Source: Trypanosoma brucei
Lineage: Eukaryota
Reading direction: 5' to 3'
Length of the DNA stretch: 64,000 bases
Assembly (NCBI GenBank): GCA_000002445.1
Contig: CP000071.1
Coordinates: forward strand, 2,368,001 to 2,432,000
In this document: positions 58,272-64,000 of the stretch, one piece after another
Numbering within the stretch: the first letter of the stretch is position 1
How the letters are laid out: every line of letters begins with the position of its first letter
Made by a program: the position numbers and the translations under genes
Notes under the pieces: generated by a model
What the model was told of the DNA's origin: nothing
Seen by the model: the letters and a program-made list of their open reading frames with translations, nothing else
The model's database searches: none

Positions 58272-60842
58272 ATGAATCTTGAGGTCGTGGATGCCACGGC
58301 TGAAGCACTGCCGCTGGAGTTGCTGAATGCGGTTAACAAGGAGCTTACTGCGCAACTCTCACGCCATGAAGAAATACATGACGGACACGTTCGGGAAGTT
58401 CAGGACCAGCGGCGCCGTCTGGAGTTTGTGAAAGAACACCTGGGCAATGTGCGTGGCGAAATTGTAAATACGCAAGCCCTAGCTGACAGTAAAAAGCGCG
58501 AAATGGAGTCCGAGTTGCACATGTACCGGTTGCTGCTTCGTGAGTGCGGTAGACTCAAGCAGAGACAGACGCAAATGCAGGCGGAGCAGGCAGATGTGCA
58601 AGAGAGGCTGCAGGTCGTGCAGGACCGCTTATTCACGGAGAACCTCCGCATGGCGGAGCTGAAGAATTCTATGGCGTACAATCAGGAGGCGCTTGAGCAG
58701 TGGGACGCGGCACGCCAACAAAAGGAGTCGGATGAAGCGGCTGTTGCGCGGTATGCGAAAGATGATGCGGTAAAGTTACGCCAACTCGACAATGCAGTTG
58801 AGCGGCATGAGGCGCAGTTGCGGGAGCGACGAAGACAACTTCAGGACGAGGTCGCAGTTATGTACAGTGTGCAGTTGGAACTTAATCGCGTGGCGACGGA
58901 CTACCGGCGCCAACACAAAGAGCGCGGTGACTTAATCAATGAGTGGGAGCGCGTTGTGAAGGAGATCCGCGAGCGTGACAATTCCATCCGAGCAGCAGCC
59001 CAGCAGTACGCGGAAGGGGCTGAATGGATTGAGCAGCGGCGCGTAGCACTGAAAAAGTTGCACGATGACTACGACGCTGCGCGTGCGGAGGAGGCACTCA
59101 TGCAAGCGGGCATTGAGGAGCGCGAGCACCGTGCGGAGAAGAGCCGCCAAACCCGATCATCACTGGAAACGCATGTCACTGGATTGGAGAATGAGGTGGA
59201 AACAATACGAGAGGAACTTGGACGCTCCATAAAGGAGCGCAACAACGCCCGTATCCGTTTGGAGCAGTCAAAGGCGGCAGTGCGCGACAAAACAGCAGCT
59301 CACCAGCGTCTCACGGCTAAAAGGGATGACTTGAAAGAACAGAAGAGTAGCGTGTACAGTAAGGGAGCGGATCTTTCGACGCAGTTGGCCACGATCGGCA
59401 GGCTCTTCAAGGAGGCGCAGGATGCTGAAAAGCAGATGGATAAGGAGACTGAAATGTTGAAGAAAGAAAATTTTACGATGAGTGAGAGGCTCAAAGAAGT
59501 GCGCCGGGAACAATCAGATCTTCTCGCGGAGATAAGTGGTGGGCAGCTGCAGGCTCAGAATCTGAGGACCAAAATCGGGCAACTCGACGGCCAGTACTTC
59601 GCGCAACAGCAGGTGCTTTACGGTGTAGAGTTTTCCGTTCAGCAGATGCAGCGGAAAGTTAACCGCGCCAAGGGTGAGCGGTCTTTGGATGAGCGCAACA
59701 AGCTGCATGAAAAAATAGCAGCTTTGCAGAATACATTGAACGATTTAACAAAGCAGCAGCGCGCGATGGAGACTCAGGTTAAGCGTGTGCGCGAAGAAAC
59801 GTGGCACGCAAATGTCGAGTTGGAACGGCTTACTTCAGAGAAGAAGGTCGCGGGGGAGAAGTTGTTGCAGCTGAGTCTAGGTTGCGACAGCTGCACTGCC
59901 GAACTGACAAAGCTTCGCAAACAACACGAAGAGAAGTTGGTGCTTGTTGACACTCAAGAGCTGCAATTACAGGATCTGAAGCGCACATTGCATCAGCGGA
60001 ATGGTGAGCTCGGTACTCTCGCCGAGCGGAAGCGACAGTTAACATGTGATATCGCGGAGCGGCTTTCTGAGATTGCCGTGCATCATGATATGATGAAGAT
60101 GGAGGCTAAACTCGTAGAGGAGCAGCGGCGGCGTCTTGTGTCAGATTTGCGTGAGAGGCAAAAGGCGCTTGTCGGCCTTCGCAACCGTTACGACGTTCAG
60201 CTCGTGCGTCTTGATCCTGAGAAGGCAAATTGGACTCCAGCGCAAGTTGTTATGGAGGCAGCGCGCGAGCGGGAGGATTTGCAATTGCGTGGTGACACCT
60301 TAGATGCCCGCGTGAGCCGAATGGAACGGGAGATGGCAAAGTTAAAGCGGACACTAGATGTCATTCGCGCGAGCAATTCGAACTACCGCCACATGTTTGA
60401 CCCCGTGCCGGAGAGTCACGACATGGTAAAAATGCGCATAGCACTCCAACAGCAGCAACGAGACTTAAAGGCAGCTGTGAGTCGACGCGTGATGGAGCTG
60501 AATGATTACCAGCAGGTAATGGAAAGCAAGGAGCAAGACCTCCGGCAGACACTGGAAAAAAAGGAGAGGGCGCGAGCTACCGTAGAAAACCTGCAGCAAG
60601 CATGCGAGCAGGTACATGAAGGGATTATGCAAGCCCGGGAGACAGTTATTCGCTACACCCAAACCATACAGAAGGCAAGCGCCAATGTAGCACCGGAGGT
60701 TGTGGCAGATGTCGAACTCCAGGAGAACCGGGAGATGTTCAACAGTGCGTTGGGTCGTTTGCTGCAGTTGGCACAACAGCATGGTGATGAAGTTCGCCAC
60801 CATGTGCAGACCTTGCTGGCCAGTCGTTTTGTAGTTGAGTAG
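58272..60842 (+). CDS. CCDC39: coiled-coil domain-containing protein 39 (axonemal 96-nm ruler component) orthologue
   Basis: Collinear blocks match human CCDC39: QEALEQW…KESDEAAVARYAKDDAVKLRQL…LQDEVAVMYSVQLELNRVATDYRRQHKERGDLINEWE aligns with QQALEAW…[22 protein letters not shown]…[37 protein letters not shown]. The C-terminal RYDVQLVRLDPEK… also aligns. The track ORF starts at TTG 58215; the first ATG is 58272. Confidence 0.75.
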   Translation: MNLEVVDATAEALPLELLNAVNKELTAQLSRHEEIHDGHVREVQDQRRRLEFVKEHLGNVRGEIVNTQALADSKKREMESELHMYRLLLRECGRLKQRQTQMQAEQADVQERLQVVQDRLFTENLRMAELKNSMAYNQEALEQWDAARQQKESDEAAVARYAKDDAVKLRQLDNAVERHEAQLRERRRQLQDEVAVMYSVQLELNRVATDYRRQHKERGDLINEWERVVKEIRERDNSIRAAAQQYAEGAEWIEQRRVALKKLHDDYDAARAEEALMQAGIEEREHRAEKSRQTRSSLETHVTGLENEVETIREELGRSIKERNNARIRLEQSKAAVRDKTAAHQRLTAKRDDLKEQKSSVYSKGADLSTQLATIGRLFKEAQDAEKQMDKETEMLKKENFTMSERLKEVRREQSDLLAEISGGQLQAQNLRTKIGQLDGQYFAQQQVLYGVEFSVQQMQRKVNRAKGERSLDERNKLHEKIAALQNTLNDLTKQQRAMETQVKRVREETWHANVELERLTSEKKVAGEKLLQLSLGCDSCTAELTKLRKQHEEKLVLVDTQELQLQDLKRTLHQRNGELGTLAERKRQLTCDIAERLSEIAVHHDMMKMEAKLVEEQRRRLVSDLRERQKALVGLRNRYDVQLVRLDPEKANWTPAQVVMEAAREREDLQLRGDTLDARVSRMEREMAKLKRTLDVIRASNSNYRHMFDPVPESHDMVKMRIALQQQQRDLKAAVSRRVMELNDYQQVMESKEQDLRQTLEKKERARATVENLQQACEQVHEGIMQARETVIRYTQTIQKASANVAPEVVADVELQENREMFNSALGRLLQLAQQHGDEVRHHVQTLLASRFVVE

Positions 60843-61624
60843 CATTTCGAGGGAATTGGCAAGCGGTGATTTGTCGTTCCTTGCGTATGTGGAGGAGACA
60901 AAGTAGCTTTTATGGGAAGCATCATCTATGTATATGTTGAATTGTGTGAAACTTTCTGTGTCGCCCACAACTATCGAATTGTTAGGACAGCAACTCCTGC
61001 GCATCCTACGTTGTAGTTCCTGTCAGTATCGCCACATTTGTTCTGACCTTTTCTCCCTCAGTGATGGTGATTATCTTTGTGAGGAAGAATTGCGACAAAA
61101 AACTGTTAATCGCACGTATCTGAGTGCAACATGTATGACAGAGAGTCTGTCGTGCTGACTGGATGTAGTGAACAAACAAAGGGCGATGTGTTAGTGTTGT
61201 TTAATGCCCTCCCAGGTGGGCACGTCGCATGTGACTCGCAGCCACGTTAGCAGCTGGGGAGAGGGGCCACAGTGACTTATTGAAATCAGTTTGTCCCGTG
61301 GGGAAGTGCCGATGCAGTTTAATGAATATATAATTTCCCTTTCACAACTGTTATTTGGAAGCTAATGTGCGGCCATCCCTCTCTGCGCGGTTGATTTTCA
61401 CAGGAAACTGTGCGCGCCACCGCACTTCTCAGCATGCCTAAACTTACGGGACAAAACACATTCTCCTCCGCTTGTCTTATTCCTTGTTACAAAAACCGAC
61501 TATTTTGACGTGTGTTCTCGGTCTAGCATAGTTCCACCAAACCAGCAATCATTTACTCGAAGCGTTAAGCAGAATTAAGACCATTGTTGGTAAGTTTGAT
61601 CGACTGGCTCATTATCTGTAGCAC

Positions 61625-62023
61625 ATGTACTTCGAAGAGGAAGAGAATAATGATGACTACAATAAGGCTGAAGGTGATGAGTCACCACGCAGTCGAGCAT
61701 CTTCAAACGTGTCAGACATGCCGATGCCTCCTCTTCCGCCCCCAACACCACCAGCCGATGTATACGGCTTAGCTACAGAGGAGATTTACAGCATCATCAA
61801 AGAATTACGGCGGCAGATTGATGACCCAACAACCCACCATGACATCAAGGCCATGCTGAAGAAGGAACCTTCCATTCTTTTGGCCGTCACTCGGGTCCTG
61901 CATGAGTCCGGACTCCTACGACGTGGTGTTGTGAATGCACATGGACAAGTGGAGGAGCAGATTGTGCCCCTTCCTGAAGCCCCAGCCCCGCCGTTGCCAA
62001 CGGGGTATAGCAGTTGGGTATAG
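61625..62023 (+). CDS. small hypothetical protein (132 aa), acidic N-terminus, proline-rich, with a helical segment faintly resembling a CstF-64 hinge-type domain
   Basis: ATG ORF on the + strand in otherwise ORF-poor DNA. Weak motif EEIYSIIKELRRQIDDP…IKAMLKKEPSILLAVTRVLHESGLL. Confidence 0.3.
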   Translation: MYFEEEENNDDYNKAEGDESPRSRASSNVSDMPMPPLPPPTPPADVYGLATEEIYSIIKELRRQIDDPTTHHDIKAMLKKEPSILLAVTRVLHESGLLRRGVVNAHGQVEEQIVPLPEAPAPPLPTGYSSWV

Positions 62024-63225
62024 GTGAATGTCCAAAGCTGTTGTTGCACACAAGTTAATAACATCCGCTTCGCCGTTAACACTCCGTACACATTTCAGGC
62101 TCGTCGTGGGAATCGGACATGTAGGTTTATACGCGTGCCTGACTGTTACGCATTGCACCAACCCCCAAATTTACGTTTGGTTGACTAGGAAGTTAGGGTT
62201 GAAACTAGTAGGAAAGTAATGGCAAACACGGCTCTGCTGGAGCGAGAATATGCGCTACCACCGATGGGCGAGCTGTGCTTAGCGACCGCAAGCAGCGGCG
62301 GCGCTGCAACCGTTACGCTTCTTGCTCATAGTGTCGGTGAAAGTCTGTAACCGCGCGCTAGTGCTTTTTTGACAGAGTTGTTTCCAGGTGTGCGTTACCC
62401 TAATTATTTTTTTACGTGCTTCCTGTAGCTTAAACACCTAGCTCTTCTTCCTGATAGTCGCTACGGAGATCATGCTCTTCATCGGATGAAATCGTCGCTG
62501 TAGTCCACTGAAAGAGGCGGCACATCAAAAGGCAGTTGCAATGAACGGCTTATATGAAACACTCTCGTTAACGCAGGGAAAAAGTTGTTGCTATAAGAAT
62601 GTTTGCTACTCTACTTACTCAAATACACGGTAAGATTAGCCCAAGTTGTCAATGCCAATATCTCAGTGTCACCACCTCTTTCACGGATACAAAACTTTCA
62701 CTTCTCATATTAAGGTTTCGCAGTCGATCTCACCGCCACCAGATGTCACCAATAAGAAAATACTCCCCTAGTTCTATACATGCGCCCTAATTTCTGCCAC
62801 ACATTCTACTAATTTTGTTGTTTCGTTCCTTCTCTTATCCTTATTGCTTCAGGGTTTGTGTAGGTAAAGAAGTGTCATGACGTGATGTGTATTGGCTGCG
62901 TGTATTTGAAGCCAGACGCTGGTGAAGACTGACAGCTTATAGTCGGTAAGAACTGTTAGTTTACTATACGTGTGGGTTAACAGTAACTATCCCCTCCTTC
63001 TGTTGCCGTTTCATGGTTCGATGGCGTAGAGAAATTAACTGTGCGTTGTTATACTGACAGTGCTTCTATTGTTGCAGTGGGATTTTGTTTTCTTGCGATG
63101 TGAGCAGCATTACACTTTGCTGCTTTCCCTTTTTCCAATGCACATGTTCACCTTTCGTGTTTAATTGCTTGTTATCACAATTCCAATAGGTTAGGTCACA
63201 TTATTCCTTGCGTAGTGGAAGTGAA

Positions 63226-64000
63226 ATGCGAGCCACCAAAAAGCATCCGAATGATGGAAAGGGAGCCACTACCGATCCATTTGTTGACGGCAGCGATCCA
63301 ATTCCTTCTGAGGTCGCTGCTTTCGATCCTTTGCAGCAGGAACATGTTGATGTGGTAAAGGAAGTGAAACCCTCGCTTTTCGCCGTACTTCTTGAGAAGT
63401 TTATTCCCCATGGTGGATTGTGGTCCTGTGCCCTGAACCTGGCCTCTGCTACATTGGGTGCTGGCATTTGCTCACTGCCTGCAGGTTTCAATTTGAGTGG
63501 GATTGTTATGTCCTGCATTTACCTTGTTTGCGTTGCGGTTGGCACGGTGTACTCTCTTAATCTTCTTGCAAAGGTTGCAGTGAAGACGGGATCGCGTAAT
63601 TACGGAGAAGCTGCCAAAGCAGTGATGGGTCCACTTGCTGGTTACTACACGGCAGCGCTTATGATAGTGATGTGTTTTGGCGGCTCCGTTGCTTACATCA
63701 TCATTATTGGTATCATTTTGAAGGCTGTGCTCAATCGTGATGGTGTTCCGGAATATTTGAAATCAGAAAGTGGTAATCGGCTAATGACATCCATGGTGTG
63801 GTTGGTGATTATCTTGCCTATGTGCATTCCCAAGCAGGTTAATTCATTGCGCCACTTATCCTTTGTGGGTGTGATGTTTATTGTGTATTTTTCATGTGTT
63901 GTTATTGGCCATTCCATTAATAAGATCATTAATGAGGGTGTCGCTGATGGCATCGTGTACATGCGCACTGGAAATAGCGCTTTAGATGGCTTATCACTAT
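63226..64000 (+). CDS. amino acid transporter (AAT/Aa_trans family), 3'-partial (runs off window end)
   Basis: ATG at 63226. Soluble N-terminal tail, then at least 5 hydrophobic TM segments (GLWSCALNLASATLGAGICSLP, IVMSCIYLVCVAVGTVYSLNLL, …). No stop before position 64000. Typical kinetoplastid AAT layout. Confidence 0.7.
   Translation, partial: MRATKKHPNDGKGATTDPFVDGSDPIPSEVAAFDPLQQEHVDVVKEVKPSLFAVLLEKFIPHGGLWSCALNLASATLGAGICSLPAGFNLSGIVMSCIYLVCVAVGTVYSLNLLAKVAVKTGSRNYGEAAKAVMGPLAGYYTAALMIVMCFGGSVAYIIIIGIILKAVLNRDGVPEYLKSESGNRLMTSMVWLVIILPMCIPKQVNSLRHLSFVGVMFIVYFSCVVIGHSINKIINEGVADGIVYMRTGNSALDGLSL

Noticed and set aside
61625-62023. Calling the 132-aa ORF a CstF-64 hinge-domain protein
   Set aside because: The resemblance is a short helical phrase only and there is no RRM. 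It is kept as a low-confidence hypothetical CDS, not as a functional call.
62990-63030. tRNA-like B-box 'ggttcgatgg' near 63008
   Set aside because: No matching A box at the expected distance, and no acceptor-stem complementarity or cloverleaf could be built. Probably chance.

Overview
This 64 kb window reads as a kinetoplastid (Trypanosoma, brucei-like) chromosome-core segment; the organism call is inference. It is intron-less, with about 25 protein-coding genes all on the + strand, so a single unidirectional polycistronic cluster with no strand-switch region. Intergenic regions are AT-rich and low-complexity, with polypyrimidine tracts upstream of genes, polypurine tracts and many microsatellites. 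The ORF track uses ATG, GTG and TTG starts, so several CDS starts were moved to the first in-frame ATG.

Recognisable genes, in order: a 5'-partial protein ending in three RanBP2-type zinc fingers; a W/R-rich (Sfi1-like?) repeat protein; an alpha/beta-hydrolase monoglyceride-lipase-like gene with an MGCFCCCCCC N-terminus; a p24/emp24 GOLD-domain protein; a compact bacterial-type ApaH-like phosphatase; an FG nucleoporin; a divergent Rab-like GTPase; a C2-domain protein; a repeat protein with a 78-aa tandem repeat; two large helical proteins with mitochondrial-type presequences; a CCDC39 axonemal-ruler orthologue; and a 3'-partial amino-acid transporter.

The accessory-like part is 20.1-30.7 kb. 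It is a mosaic tandem array of GT31 (beta-1,3-Gal/GlcNAc-transferase-like; RxTW / DDD / EDxxxG motifs) genes interleaved with two paralogous Cys-rich zinc-finger genes. It contains truncated relics, chimeric junction footprints at microhomologies, gene-conversion tracts, and a hypervariable Cys-scaffold cassette inside otherwise identical flanks. This is the best candidate in the window for an undescribed, co-amplified and co-diversifying gene pair.
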